DNA of 64,000 nt from an uncultured Candidatus Saccharibacteria bacterium (GTDB lineage: Bacteria > Patescibacteriota > Minisyncoccia > Phycocordibacterales > PCTT01), in NCBI GenBank assembly GCA_964566505.1, contig CAZMIM010000001.1, positions 132,581 through 196,580 of the forward strand, read 5' to 3'. Below, piece by piece: positions 8,471 to 18,766 of this stretch (its first letter is position 1; every line of letters starts with the position of its first letter). A model generated the notes under the pieces. It was not told where the DNA came from, made no database searches, and saw only the letters and a list, made by a program, of their open reading frames with translations. The translations under genes were made by a program, and so were the position numbers.

Positions 8471-9739
8471 ATGGCGACAAAGACGATGCAACGAGAGGGC
8501 CATCGAAGCCGAAAGGCTCCAACTCTAATTCAACACTCCAAGTCTGGGAGCTGGTATGCCAGGTTTCGAAGAGAAGGAGTCAGTCTACCAATTGGGCTTC
8601 GAACCCCGGTTCGTTCCAAGTCCCTGAAGCCTCCAACAACAGGCCAAGACGCGTGGATTCAAGTGGGCAACTACTTCTACCCCCGGCACGTGTATGACCG
8701 ATTCACCGCAGACTTTGTAACCCCATACTTACGTGGGGACTTTGAGCCCGGTCATCCATCCGGAGATATCCGCGTTGCGGAAGCCATCGAGAAATTCGTG
8801 AGTCGAACGGACCTGACCGTTAATACTCGTGAAAGCTACAGGGCGACATTCAGGCTGTTTCTTAACTCAATTCCCGACAGGCGGATGAAAATGACCGAGT
8901 TGAGGAAGGAGGATCTTTTGCAATTCTCGAATCGAGTCCACCTTTCCGCTGCCTCTAGGGCTTCATACCGCAGGCAGATAAACGCGCTTATCAACTGGTG
9001 CTACCGAGAGAAGTATCTGGACAACCGTGACCTTGTTCTTCCAGTCTCTACCCTAAAGTCTGGCCGTCTAGGAAGGAAGATGTTCCTGTCGCCTGAGCAA
9101 TATCTTGAGATTAGGAGATTGATTGAAGCCGCGTCTGAGGAAATTCCAGACTATCGGAAGAAGCGAAGGTTTTTGTCCTGGACCCTAGACGTTTACGATC
9201 TGGCCCTCTCCACGGGACTCAGACTTGAAGAACTGGTCCAGCTTCAATGGCAGGATGTCAACATTGAACGTGGTGTTCTCGAAGTTCGCCCTAAGAACCA
9301 GAATGACGATGGGTTAGATTTCACACCCAAAAGCAAGAGGGCAAGATGGGTAGAGCTCCAGCCTCTAGCCATTGACGTACTGCAGCGCCCCCATATCAGC
9401 GCGAGGTCTGACAGTTCACATTCAAGAGTGTTGGTCGGCCCGCTGAGCACCGGTGGCCAGCTGGAAGAAATTCGCGGTGAGCGGGCAAGCAAGGTGTGGC
9501 GGAAGTACCGAAAATTAGTTCCGTATTGCGACCCATTACCCTTCCACGGGCTTAGGCACCTGTACGTAACCTACTGCCTAATTCTTGGATACAAGCCGTT
9601 CTTCGTTCAAAACTGGGCCGGGCATTCCTCGTTCTCAACCACCGAGCAGTATGCTCAGTTTGCTTCTCAGCTTTGCTCGAGAAACGAGCGAAATAAGCTG
9701 ATTGACGATATCTTGAACCTGGGTTTCAGGCTCCCATAA
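8471..9739 (+). CDS. int: Tyrosine-type site-specific integrase
   Basis: 422 aa. Box I STGLRLEEL, box II HGLRHLYVT, catalytic region GHSSFSTTEQYA (His...Tyr). Adjacent to a tRNA 3' fragment. True start may be downstream of the track start. Confidence 0.85.
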   Translation: MATKTMQREGHRSRKAPTLIQHSKSGSWYARFRREGVSLPIGLRTPVRSKSLKPPTTGQDAWIQVGNYFYPRHVYDRFTADFVTPYLRGDFEPGHPSGDIRVAEAIEKFVSRTDLTVNTRESYRATFRLFLNSIPDRRMKMTELRKEDLLQFSNRVHLSAASRASYRRQINALINWCYREKYLDNRDLVLPVSTLKSGRLGRKMFLSPEQYLEIRRLIEAASEEIPDYRKKRRFLSWTLDVYDLALSTGLRLEELVQLQWQDVNIERGVLEVRPKNQNDDGLDFTPKSKRARWVELQPLAIDVLQRPHISARSDSSHSRVLVGPLSTGGQLEEIRGERASKVWRKYRKLVPYCDPLPFHGLRHLYVTYCLILGYKPFFVQNWAGHSSFSTTEQYAQFASQLCSRNERNKLIDDILNLGFRLP

Positions 9740-9753
9740 CCTGAGGAGACCGT

Positions 9754-10251
9754 TTAAAACACTTTGCTTGCTTCAAGCATTACGAACTCGGCGCGAGCAC
9801 TTGCGACAAGTTCACCCTCTTGAACGAGCTCAGAAGTGCACGAAATTCTATTGGTGGATTTGGGACTTGTTTCAACACGACCAACAGCCACAGCGGATTT
9901 TCCGGGACGCAATGGCTTCAAAAATTTCATCTCTAGAGAATGAGTCAGCACAGCGTTATCAACAACGGCCGAGCTTAACAGCGCCGCAATTCCTGCAGCG
10001 CTGTCAAGATAGAAGGAAACCTCTCCTCCATGCGTGATTCCAGGATAAGCACACTGCATTGATTCGGCACGAACTTCAATTCTGGTACAGAGATTTTGGG
10101 TGCTGACAACAACGTCTCTTTTTAGGTCCACATTGTGCCGCTCATAGACATGAATTGAGGATCTGAGATAGCTGCCCAGAACTTTGGCTTGTCTTGCCTC
10201 AGAGTGCACGAAACTGCCTAAGGCTTCATAAGTGCTTGTTTCTGAATCCAC
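9754..10251 (-). CDS. Hotdog-fold acyl-CoA thioesterase (PaaI/YbgC-like)
   Basis: 165 aa. ...PGITHGGEVSFYLDSAAGIA... HGG-type hotdog motif. Confidence 0.55.
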   Translation of the reverse strand: MDSETSTYEALGSFVHSEARQAKVLGSYLRSSIHVYERHNVDLKRDVVVSTQNLCTRIEVRAESMQCAYPGITHGGEVSFYLDSAAGIAALLSSAVVDNAVLTHSLEMKFLKPLRPGKSAVAVGRVETSPKSTNRISCTSELVQEGELVASARAEFVMLEASKVF

Positions 10252-10265
10252 CTGTCTCTCAGTCT

Positions 10266-11594
10266 TTACTCAGCACTCCAAAGTACAAGAATTGCTTTGG
10301 CTGACGTGTCACCTATGCTTTGAATACTGATTTCAGTAGAGTCATCGAATGACATGTGATAGTGGTTTTCGAGCAGTTCTCGTGCAGTCCGATCATCATC
10401 TTCAAATGTATAGGTGACCTTGACAATACCATCTAGTATCAGCAGGTAAGCTTCATCAAACTTTATCCCACTCCCCAACAAGTCTCCAGGGAAAGACCTA
10501 CAAGCTGAAGAACCCTCCGGCAAACAGACGGAGTAGATTGCGAAGCCATCCTGATATTGATTCACTCGTGGATACAAGATGCGAGAGACTGAAATCTGGT
10601 CTGAAGGAACGGGATCTCTACTTTCGTCTCCCACTACCTCAGCCCCCTCCTTCAATACGGCATATGGTCTCGTGTGGTCAGTTATAAGATTGTGCAGCGG
10701 TGTTTTCAACGCTGTGCGCAGCCTGAAGATGGTATCCAATTTGGGAAATACATCTCCGGATTCAATTCTTGTGATCAAGGAATTTGTAAATCCCACTTCA
10801 TACGTCACCTGTGAGAGGCTCATTCCAGTTTCGTGTCGAGCCTTTCTAAGGTTTCGATCTAGATTCAGCCAAGCAACTAAACACTGATTTTGATTCCCCT
10901 CCCACTCACTGATTTCTTGAGCGAGGGACTTTGAGGCCTTACTGACTTTGCCATTTTTCTTCGAAGGACGGTGATCTGACTTCCTTGGCGCGAAGTCTCT
11001 TTCTTCCCTCATCCAAACTACTATCTGCACTCGTCCCTCGGAAACCATCCTCACTCCGTGAGGCAAACCCGCCGGGACGTAGATCATCTGATTCTTAGCG
11101 ACGCGTTCCCTCCTAAAGTAGAATCGCTCGCTCTCGACATCTCTATCTAAGACAAAAAAGTCGAGCTCGCCCTCTGTTACACAAACAATTTCAGCACCCT
11201 CTTGCCTGTGAATACCAATTTCCTCAAAGGCTTCTACCGTGTCCCCAAACCGCTCGCCAAAATGATACTCAGCAACGAGCGCTCGAACTACTGCCCCAAT
11301 CAAGTCCGCATTGAGCCATCGGTAAGGAGGGCTCAAATCGTGTATTACACGTCGTTTAGTTTCAGGTAGTCTTCCTCCGTTGACATCAACACTTATTGGA
11401 TATCGCTTGACGTGTTCGATCTTGTTAGCGATGTCGTGAACCGTGGAGAAAACGGAGCCTTGTGCTTGATCAAACAGGTCCTTCAGCTCTAGAGGCTGAG
11501 AAAAATCCAACCCCAGGACATCTCTGAGTTTTACTAAATACTCGGTCGCCGCATCCTTGATCGGCTTCTCTCCAGCACTGGTTGTATTGGACAT
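10266..11594 (-). CDS. XRE-family HTH transcriptional regulator with cupin domains
   Basis: 442 aa. Central HTH MSLSQVTYEVGFTNSLITRIESG, flanked by cupin-like beta-barrel segments (...MIYVPAGLPHGVRMVSEG...). Confidence 0.5.
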   Translation of the reverse strand: MSNTTSAGEKPIKDAATEYLVKLRDVLGLDFSQPLELKDLFDQAQGSVFSTVHDIANKIEHVKRYPISVDVNGGRLPETKRRVIHDLSPPYRWLNADLIGAVVRALVAEYHFGERFGDTVEAFEEIGIHRQEGAEIVCVTEGELDFFVLDRDVESERFYFRRERVAKNQMIYVPAGLPHGVRMVSEGRVQIVVWMREERDFAPRKSDHRPSKKNGKVSKASKSLAQEISEWEGNQNQCLVAWLNLDRNLRKARHETGMSLSQVTYEVGFTNSLITRIESGDVFPKLDTIFRLRTALKTPLHNLITDHTRPYAVLKEGAEVVGDESRDPVPSDQISVSRILYPRVNQYQDGFAIYSVCLPEGSSACRSFPGDLLGSGIKFDEAYLLILDGIVKVTYTFEDDDRTARELLENHYHMSFDDSTEISIQSIGDTSAKAILVLWSAE

Positions 11595-11622
11595 GTTGAA
11601 ATCAATTGAATGGGATGCGCTC

Positions 11623-12714
11623 CTAAGTCAACAGGCTCTGATCAAGTTCTGAGAGAGACAGCCACGTTCCTGTCTCTTCTCTGAATCGTTTCCAGGGCCC
11701 ATAGATGGCCCGAAACGCGGGCTCCGCTAGAGACAATTCCTCATAGAGGTCAAATGCCGTGCTCCTGGCGGTCTCTAGTACGTCGCGCGGATAGATGATC
11801 GTTTGAACACCGGACTCTTTAAGTCTTTGCAATGCTGCGGCATTATGCGAATCGTATTTGGCAAGCATATCGGCGTTCGCTTCTGCGGTTGCTGCCTCAA
11901 ATGCGGCTTTGTAAAGGTCAGGAAGTTCACTCCAGTGTTGTTTGTTTATGTAGAACTCCAAAGACGATCCTGGTTCGTGCCACCCTGGATACATGTAGTA
12001 ATCTGCAACCTCCTGGAAGCCAAGCTTTTCATCATCATAGGGCGCGACAAATTCTGCAGCGTCTATGACTCCACGCTCGAGAGCCATATAGATTTCTCCT
12101 CCTGAGATGTTTTGGATGGTAGCTCCCATCCTGTCCATCACCCGTCCTCCTAGACCTGGCATCCTGATTTTCATTCCATGGAGATCATCCATTGATCGCA
12201 CTGGGCGCTTGAACCACCCCCCTGACTGAGCACCCGTGTTGCCGCCTTGAAGAGAGATGATGTTGAAATCATCTAGTAGCTCATTCACAAGCTGTCTCCC
12301 GCCTCCGACTCTTAGCCATGCGTTCTGTTGCCGTGCATTGAGTCCAAACGGCAATCCAGTAGCGAAAGCCATTGCAGGGGTCTTCCCGATATAGTAAGTA
12401 GACGCCGTGTGCCCCACGTGAACTGCACCAGAACTAACGGCATCGAAGACCTGGAGAGGAGGAACCAATTCTCCAGCAGGATGAACGGAAATCTGAAACT
12501 TACCCGCAGTCAATTGGGATACTCGATGAGCTACTTGAGGTGCCGCCCCCCATATCGCATCGAGCGTTTCAGGAAAACTAGAAGCTAGTCGCCATCTAAT
12601 CTCTGGCGATTCAGCAGTTACGTCGTCCTTCTGTTCACCTAATCCGCTACATCCGACAACACCCGTTGCCAAAGCAACCAAAGCTGAGCCTCGGACAAAG
12701 TCTCTTCGATTCAT
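11623..12714 (-). CDS. TRAP-transporter solute-binding protein (DctP-like), orphan
   Basis: 363 aa. Twin-arginine-like signal MNRRDFVRGSALVALATGVVGCSG. Periplasmic binding-protein-like body. No DctQ/DctM nearby. Confidence 0.5.
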   Translation of the reverse strand: MNRRDFVRGSALVALATGVVGCSGLGEQKDDVTAESPEIRWRLASSFPETLDAIWGAAPQVAHRVSQLTAGKFQISVHPAGELVPPLQVFDAVSSGAVHVGHTASTYYIGKTPAMAFATGLPFGLNARQQNAWLRVGGGRQLVNELLDDFNIISLQGGNTGAQSGGWFKRPVRSMDDLHGMKIRMPGLGGRVMDRMGATIQNISGGEIYMALERGVIDAAEFVAPYDDEKLGFQEVADYYMYPGWHEPGSSLEFYINKQHWSELPDLYKAAFEAATAEANADMLAKYDSHNAAALQRLKESGVQTIIYPRDVLETARSTAFDLYEELSLAEPAFRAIYGPWKRFREETGTWLSLSELDQSLLT

Positions 12715-13480
12715 GGTCGGGATTGTTTAGTGATGCATTCAGTAAGCGAGTTAGAAGCCCGAAACAACCCGATGTTTCCCCGTGCAATTTTTTTCCCGTC
12801 AATCTCTTTTCGTTTATGTTTACCCATGCAATAATTTTGCATCGCTCCAATTTATTTGTATACTGCGCTTGCCACGCGCTCGTAAGGGCGAAAAACACGT
12901 TCAATGAGACCCAAACAACCACATGCGAGGAATTCGACTCTGCGGATAAAAAAAGCCCGTGGTGATACATCTTCGAATGGATGTCCACCACGGGCGAATC
13001 TCGCCGACAATGCATTCGCGCGATAGGAAGCTGGGATGCAAGTCGACACAGACGCCGGATCGAGGTTGCAAGCACAAGTCGCCTACAGGCCCCGAAAAGC
13101 GCCTTTCGGTACTCATAATACCTTGGATGACTTCTGCTTGTCAATCGTTCTGGACACAAGACCACAGGTTGACCCTCGTGTCAAACTCCAGAATCATGCA
13201 AGCACCATCACGCGCACCAATCTCGCGAAATGGAAAGACTCAACCCCTTTCCTTTCCATCCTTTGCCCAACCAGCTCACTCGCGGCCTTCGCACTCGTTC
13301 CTAGTTGCCAAAGAACTGGAAGGGTTCAGAGCAGCTTCGAAAACTGATGGCTCATTGCAGGGACTGCGTCCCCAGCTGGCCATCGTCGAAAGCAGCATTC
13401 GATACGAACCCATGCCGTATGAGCGAAGCCATTTGGAAACCTGTCTCATAACAGCCAAACAAGAAGAAGCCGAATGGCGC

Positions 13481-14407
13481 ATGAAAAACAAGAAGGCGAG
13501 GAAAAAGCGCAAAAACAAGCGCAAACGATGTATCGGTTTGGCCCGGGATCTCGAGTCAGACAAGATCGAGAGGAGAGTTCGTCCCAGTATTGGCAGAATT
13601 GCTCTGTTCGCACAGGTAATTGTTGGAGCTCTCGCCGTGTGTTTCTACTTCGGTTCGGCAACGTTCGCTGCAATCCTCGATGAGTCATTTTACACGGCGA
13701 TTTTATCGGGGAGGCCAGAGCTAATTAGCCAGCACATGACGGTTCTCGTTCCTCACGCTTGGTCGGTGGCATTTGAATCGGGTGGAATATTTGCCGTGGT
13801 CTATTTAACAGCTATCGGCCTGGCAGTGACTTACGGCATGAAAATGCTCGCTGACCCTGATCGCCCTCGGAAGTATATCTGGCTTCCCCTGGGCATCGAT
13901 GGCGTGCTGGCTGGAATCAACGTCGGTCGGCTTTTCATCTCTGACATCTTACTGCCAACTCCCGGTGACATCCTCTTTGCCGTCAGCTCTTGGGCGGTCA
14001 TCGTGGGTATCACGTTTGCTCTATACCAAGCAACTGCCCACGCCTTGGGTGTGCTTATCGAGGAGCTTCGCTCGCCTTATTACATGGCAAAAGCTCAGCT
14101 ACGCCTTCTCCAGGGTGAGCTACAGGAATTGGAAGAGCTGATTGAACAGGCCATGCTTGAGATCAATCAACGGGTCTTTGAACAGGAGCGAATCGGCAAA
14201 CGCTTGGATGGCACCGCCATCCCATTCGAGGTGACAATTGCAGCAGTTCAAAGCTTCGCATCAGGATTCATGAACTGGGTTACCGGCGCCTTTCCGCCCG
14301 AGGAAGCAGCCCAGCAATGCGCTCGCATTGAGCAAGAGGCGAACGTCTTCCTCGATGCGGTCTCCTCCAAATACGGTTCTATCGACTCCGAACGAGGTGC
14401 TTCATGA
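13481..14407 (+). CDS. Hypothetical membrane protein with C-terminal coiled-coil (start uncertain)
   Basis: Track ORF 12959..14407. The first ~170 aa are low-complexity and likely not coding. ATG at 13481 (MKNKKARKKRKNKRKRC...) or at 13412 are candidate starts. About four TM segments, then LQGELQELEELIEQ coiled coil. Confidence 0.4.
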   Translation: MKNKKARKKRKNKRKRCIGLARDLESDKIERRVRPSIGRIALFAQVIVGALAVCFYFGSATFAAILDESFYTAILSGRPELISQHMTVLVPHAWSVAFESGGIFAVVYLTAIGLAVTYGMKMLADPDRPRKYIWLPLGIDGVLAGINVGRLFISDILLPTPGDILFAVSSWAVIVGITFALYQATAHALGVLIEELRSPYYMAKAQLRLLQGELQELEELIEQAMLEINQRVFEQERIGKRLDGTAIPFEVTIAAVQSFASGFMNWVTGAFPPEEAAQQCARIEQEANVFLDAVSSKYGSIDSERGAS

Positions 14408-15258
14408 AACTTCTCGCTACAACACTCGCACTCGCTTTCGCAATATCTGGTTGCGGCCGCGCGCCCGAAGCTCCTCCAGAACGGCCGGTCACCCACCATT
14501 TGGTGGGAGTCGATTTGTCTGATCGGATACTTCAGCCTGATCAGATCCGCCGCGACACCACGTTCTTGTTCGCCCTTGTGGATGCGTTCATTTCGGAAGG
14601 CGGTAATCGAGATCGGCTCTCGATTGAGGTCATCCCACAGTCTAGTTCTCAACTCGATTTGTATCGCCGTGCAGATCTACAGATTGACTTGGGCGCGCTC
14701 ACATTCGCCGACAGACGGCGCGGAGCAGGAATTCGTCTTGCAGAACGCGCCAAAGACGCATTGGCTGATATTTATCGTCGTGCTGAAGCTGAACAGCGCC
14801 ATTCGGGAGCAGACACCTGGACATGGATCCAAGGCCTCCAGCTTCCAGCAACAACAACAGCTGGAGACTCAATTCGCTCATCACTGCTAATACTGCACGA
14901 CGGTTACCTGCTTGCTGAAGCAAACCTGAACTGGCTAGATGGTAACCCGACGTTCATGTCTAACGAGGCGCTTCAGAATGCTCGGACACAATGCTCTTCA
15001 GGTAGGTCGTGGGACTTATCGCTTGCAACGCCGCGGAGTGATCTGGGCAATCTATGGGCGTTTTCAATCGTAGAGGTCCGCCCCCGGCTAACAACTCCGT
15101 GTGAACTCCGCTTGCTTGTCGAGACCAATGCTAACTGGGCTTCAGCGATGGGCGTCGACAACCCGCAGATCTTCACCAGCCAGGGAAACTTCGCCTCGCT
15201 TCAAGACCGAGCGCATCGACTCATCATACAGTCACATCAACCCATCAGATCCTCATGA
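14404..15258 (+). CDS. Putative lipoprotein
   Basis: 284 aa. Signal plus lipobox MKLLATTLALAFAISGCG. Start overlaps the previous stop (ATGA). Confidence 0.5.
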   Translation: MKLLATTLALAFAISGCGRAPEAPPERPVTHHLVGVDLSDRILQPDQIRRDTTFLFALVDAFISEGGNRDRLSIEVIPQSSSQLDLYRRADLQIDLGALTFADRRRGAGIRLAERAKDALADIYRRAEAEQRHSGADTWTWIQGLQLPATTTAGDSIRSSLLILHDGYLLAEANLNWLDGNPTFMSNEALQNARTQCSSGRSWDLSLATPRSDLGNLWAFSIVEVRPRLTTPCELRLLVETNANWASAMGVDNPQIFTSQGNFASLQDRAHRLIIQSHQPIRSS

Positions 15259-15395
15259 ACTACACCGACATCATTATCGCCCTCCTCGCTCTCAATCTGA
15301 TCGTGTGCTCTGCAGGCCTGATAGTTGGGATCGTGAGCTACCGAACCTGGAAGGGCAAGAGGGCGCGAACACAGACCTACAAGGGGTACTGATAT
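15255..15395 (+). CDS. Small single-TM protein (46 aa)
   Basis: MNYTDIIIALLALNLIVCSAGLIVGIVSYRTWKGKRARTQTYKGY. Below the ORF-track size cutoff. Tightly packed between the lipoprotein and the next small ORF. Confidence 0.3.
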
Positions 15396-15618
15396 GGAAG
15401 CATTCCATGATCTCCTGAGCCTTCTGATAGCGTGTTTTGGCTTGTACGTGGTTGTGTACGCGATGGGTATGGCTAAAACTCATCCCGTCGTAGCAGCTGG
15501 ACGACTTGTCGGATCATCCTTGAGGTTCGTTCTACGCTGTGTCGGCGGAGCCATGATTGGCCTCGGAGCAGGACTATTCTTTTCCTCCCGTTCTCCGAAA
15601 AGACGGCTGAAGGAATGA
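15394..15618 (+). CDS. Small two-TM membrane protein (74 aa)
   Basis: Hydrophobic segments LLSLLIACFGLYVVVYAMG and GGAMIGLGAGLFF. Its stop overlaps the coupling-protein start. Confidence 0.35.
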   Translation: MEAFHDLLSLLIACFGLYVVVYAMGMAKTHPVVAAGRLVGSSLRFVLRCVGGAMIGLGAGLFFSSRSPKRRLKE

Positions 15619-17612
15619 GTAATTCATCGTCCGTTATCCTGCTAGTTCTCCTGATCTGGATAGTGCTTCACACAGTGCTGTTCAAATTGAAGCTGGTCGA
15701 ACGGCATCCAGCCCGATTGATCGGTTTCCGTGTAGGCCGTGTGTTGCGCTTTCTGGTGTTGGCTCCTTTCGGCGGTGTTCGAATCCTGTGGCGACTGATA
15801 TCACAGAATTCAGTTCAAGCCGACTCTTCATATGGTTTCATGCCACGGTGGAGTCGGTTTTTCTTTATCAGGAAATGGTTTCGCCGCCGAGGAATTGTAG
15901 TAGACTCCTCCCTACGACGCCTGTCGGAGTCTGTGAGTCAGCGACATGTTCTTGTCTGCGCTCCGAGCGGAGCCGGGAAGTCAACCCGGGTCATTATTCA
16001 GCAATGTCTCGCAGTCGAGCGCGCTGACCATACGCTCATTCTTACGGATCCGTCAGGAGAAATCTGGAGGGCGACAAGCGGATATCTCTACTCAAAAGGA
16101 ATGCAGATCAGGGCGCTGAACCTAAGCGATCCCAGCCTCTCAATATTGTACAACCCTCTGGCTCGTTGCGAGACCAAGAACGACGCACTCCAACTCGCAC
16201 GGATCCTTATAGACTCAGCCTATCCCTCTCAGAAAGGTGACATTTTTTGGACGGAGGCTGCAGTTGGATTCTTAGGCTGCATTCTGACAATGTTGAGGAA
16301 CGGACCTGCTGAGTATCGAAATCTCGCAAACGCGTATCGCCTGATTCTCAAAGCCGGATCCGACATAAGGGCACTCGACGATCCCATGTCCAAGTATGCA
16401 GACGAAGACACTTTTGCTTCCTATGCATCGACCGTCGCTTCACCGGAGAAGGTCTTTCTGAGCATTGTGGCAACCGCACGTGTCGCCCTGCAGCCACTTT
16501 CGAACCCTATCCTTTCAAGATTGACCTCAGATGATTCACTTGACATCGCTTGTCTAAGGGAGTCACCCTCCTGCCTCTATGTGATCATCGAGGAGACCGA
16601 ACTCAAGTACTACTCCTTCCTCCTCAATTGCCTCTACACCCAGCTGTTCACAGCCTTCTCCAAATCACAGGACGATCAGCTTCCTGCCTACGTACTGCTT
16701 GATGAGTTCGCACATACTCGAATCCCAAACTTCCCATTGATGGCCACAACACTCCGAAAACGAGGCGTAAGCTTGCTGATGGCAATACAGTCGACAGGAC
16801 AGCTTGATGCGGCATACACGCCAACAGGAGCGCGCATCATCCGAGAGGGAGGCTCAAACACTCAAATATTTTTCCCCGGCTTGCCGCATTCAACTTGTGT
16901 CGAGATATCTCACATGCTTGGTCGAAACCGGCGTGACTCGGGAATCGGCAAAGTATCCGCTTCAGCTGGACCTCTCATGGCTCCAGAAGAAATTCGAACG
17001 CTTCCTGAAGATCGAGCGCTATTGGTGAGCACGAATAGGCAACCGGTTTTACTTCGAACAAAGCCCTACTTCCGCAACCGCCGATTGAAAAAGAGAGCAG
17101 AGCTTCCACCCGTCGATTCCTTCCCGGAAACCGTCCTGACCGGGCAAACCGCTCCTGAGATCCAATACATGCCTTTGCCATCTCCTCAACGTCAGACAGA
17201 TGGGCGCAGTACAGCCAACCCCGGAAGCTCACTTGCCGACCACAGCGGCACAGAGAAACCGGCAGATCCTGTTCCCACGATGGATCAACTGTCTGAATCG
17301 GTTGTGAAGCAGGTAGCTCAACGGGTATGTGAGCTCACAGGACCTGCCCTGAAGCAATCCATCCTACTCAATCAAATTGGATCCGATGCTGTCGTACCTA
17401 TGACAGATCTGATGGAAGCCCTGGGTATTTCGAGAGACGTAGCCGACCGGCTGCGAAACGAAGGCAAACTCCGTCCGGTCGTAACGAAGAATGCCAGGAA
17501 CAGCCGTCTCTACGTGTCGATCGGTCACGCCAGAAATCTGTGCCGGCAACTCAAAGAGGCTCCGATTCCATCGAAGCGAAGAAGTATGAGTCGCACTAAA
17601 CCTAAAAAATAG
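15615..17612 (+). CDS. Type IV coupling protein (VirD4/TraG/TraD-like conjugative ATPase)
   Basis: 665 aa. N-terminal TM helices, Walker A VLVCAPSGAGKSTRV, Walker B-like YVLLDEFAH. Followed directly by MobC-like and relaxase genes. Confidence 0.7.
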   Translation: MSNSSSVILLVLLIWIVLHTVLFKLKLVERHPARLIGFRVGRVLRFLVLAPFGGVRILWRLISQNSVQADSSYGFMPRWSRFFFIRKWFRRRGIVVDSSLRRLSESVSQRHVLVCAPSGAGKSTRVIIQQCLAVERADHTLILTDPSGEIWRATSGYLYSKGMQIRALNLSDPSLSILYNPLARCETKNDALQLARILIDSAYPSQKGDIFWTEAAVGFLGCILTMLRNGPAEYRNLANAYRLILKAGSDIRALDDPMSKYADEDTFASYASTVASPEKVFLSIVATARVALQPLSNPILSRLTSDDSLDIACLRESPSCLYVIIEETELKYYSFLLNCLYTQLFTAFSKSQDDQLPAYVLLDEFAHTRIPNFPLMATTLRKRGVSLLMAIQSTGQLDAAYTPTGARIIREGGSNTQIFFPGLPHSTCVEISHMLGRNRRDSGIGKVSASAGPLMAPEEIRTLPEDRALLVSTNRQPVLLRTKPYFRNRRLKKRAELPPVDSFPETVLTGQTAPEIQYMPLPSPQRQTDGRSTANPGSSLADHSGTEKPADPVPTMDQLSESVVKQVAQRVCELTGPALKQSILLNQIGSDAVVPMTDLMEALGISRDVADRLRNEGKLRPVVTKNARNSRLYVSIGHARNLCRQLKEAPIPSKRRSMSRTKPKK

Positions 17613-17717
17613 GGCAACTCAGCAAGTACGCGCTACTTCCGGAGTCATTTTGAGAACTGACCCTGCGGTAGCGCCTGGCCTTGGCCAGCTTGCTCAGGAA
17701 ACCTGAGAGCGAAGTCG

Positions 17718-18101
17718 ATGAGCTCGACACTGAAAGACAGAAAACGAAAATATCTTCAGGAGCTTCGTCGCACCTATACCAGAGTGGATTTGATGATTCC
17801 GCCCGAGGAGGCAATCGTGATTCAGTCGGCTGCCCGGAAGCACGGAATCAAAGTTGGAAAGCTTCTTCGTGTGGCAACGCTCGCGTACCTGAATCAAGAA
17901 TTTGTGGTACCGGATCCGGAGGTCGTTCGTGCCTTAGAGCTACAGATCCGAAGAATTGGAACCAACATCAATCAAATTGCTCGTGCTGCGAATCGGAGCC
18001 GCTCGGTTTCAACTCAGAATATCGAAGATGCGTTTCACCTTCTAGCCGAACTGGAGGACGTCATTGATCAAGCATTTAGGCACCCGGATCAAAATCGATG
18101 A
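17718..18101 (+). CDS. mobC: MobC-family mobilization (relaxosome accessory) protein
   Basis: 127 aa. RRTYTRVDLMIPPEEAIVIQSAARKHGIKVGKLLRVATLAYL matches the MobC pattern (RRT..v.vRls.eE...lk..A...g.svs..lR). Confidence 0.55.
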   Translation: MSSTLKDRKRKYLQELRRTYTRVDLMIPPEEAIVIQSAARKHGIKVGKLLRVATLAYLNQEFVVPDPEVVRALELQIRRIGTNINQIARAANRSRSVSTQNIEDAFHLLAELEDVIDQAFRHPDQNR

Positions 18102-18676
18102 TCATCAAGTCGCTTCGTTGGAAATCTGCCGGATTCAACCGCTTAGTTGACTACGTAGCCAAACATGCCGAAAACAAACAAGCGTTCCGTGTATTTCACA
18201 ACATGCTGCCTCACAGCGATTTATGTCGAGTTTCTGACGAACTGCGAACGAACGACGAGTACAGAAATGTGAGGCGGACTCCAACCGTGCTCTATCACGA
18301 AATCCTAGCGTTCCATCATCTCGACGGTGACGACCTCACTTCGCAAGCGCTTCAGGACCTAACAGAGCAGTACCTCCGAATTCGAGCGCCAAATGGCCTC
18401 GGATTCGCAATGCCACATTTTGATTGTGACCATGCACATGTGCACATTGCCTTGTCTGGAGTGGAATTCAGATCAGAGAAGAGCTTGCGAATGGACAATC
18501 GGAGATTCAAAGCCGTTCGAGAACAGATCGAGATGTACCAAATGGATAACTATCCCGAACTAACACATTCTCTCGTTTATGTTGGGAAGGATCGCATACG
18601 CGTCCAAACAAGGCTCAAAGAACTTGAGTCCATTCGATTAATTCGCGCCTTTGAACCAGGACTCGAGAAGAAGTAG
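18098..18676 (+). CDS. Relaxase/mobilization nuclease domain protein (MobA/VirD2-like, short)
   Basis: 192 aa. Starts MIIKSLRWKSAGFNRLVDYVAK..., His-triad motif HFDCDHAHVHIAL (HxDxxHxHxH). Overlaps the mobC stop. Confidence 0.55.
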   Translation: MIIKSLRWKSAGFNRLVDYVAKHAENKQAFRVFHNMLPHSDLCRVSDELRTNDEYRNVRRTPTVLYHEILAFHHLDGDDLTSQALQDLTEQYLRIRAPNGLGFAMPHFDCDHAHVHIALSGVEFRSEKSLRMDNRRFKAVREQIEMYQMDNYPELTHSLVYVGKDRIRVQTRLKELESIRLIRAFEPGLEKK

Positions 18677-18766
18677 TTCCGTTTCTAGAGAGCCGTTACT
18701 TTCAGTTCGGAATACGATACGAATTTGAAAACGGCGCCCAGTGATTAGTCACTGGACGCCTGGGGT

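Noticed and set aside
8461-8697. 78-aa ORF in an alternative frame at the integrase start
   Set aside because: It overlaps the integrase N-terminus in another frame, and the integrase frame carries the conserved recombinase boxes.
12959-13480. N-terminal 170 aa of the track ORF 12959..14407
   Set aside because: Low-complexity (Arg/Ser/Pro-rich) translation with no RBS, overlapping other frames. A downstream ATG before the first TM helix is the more plausible start.
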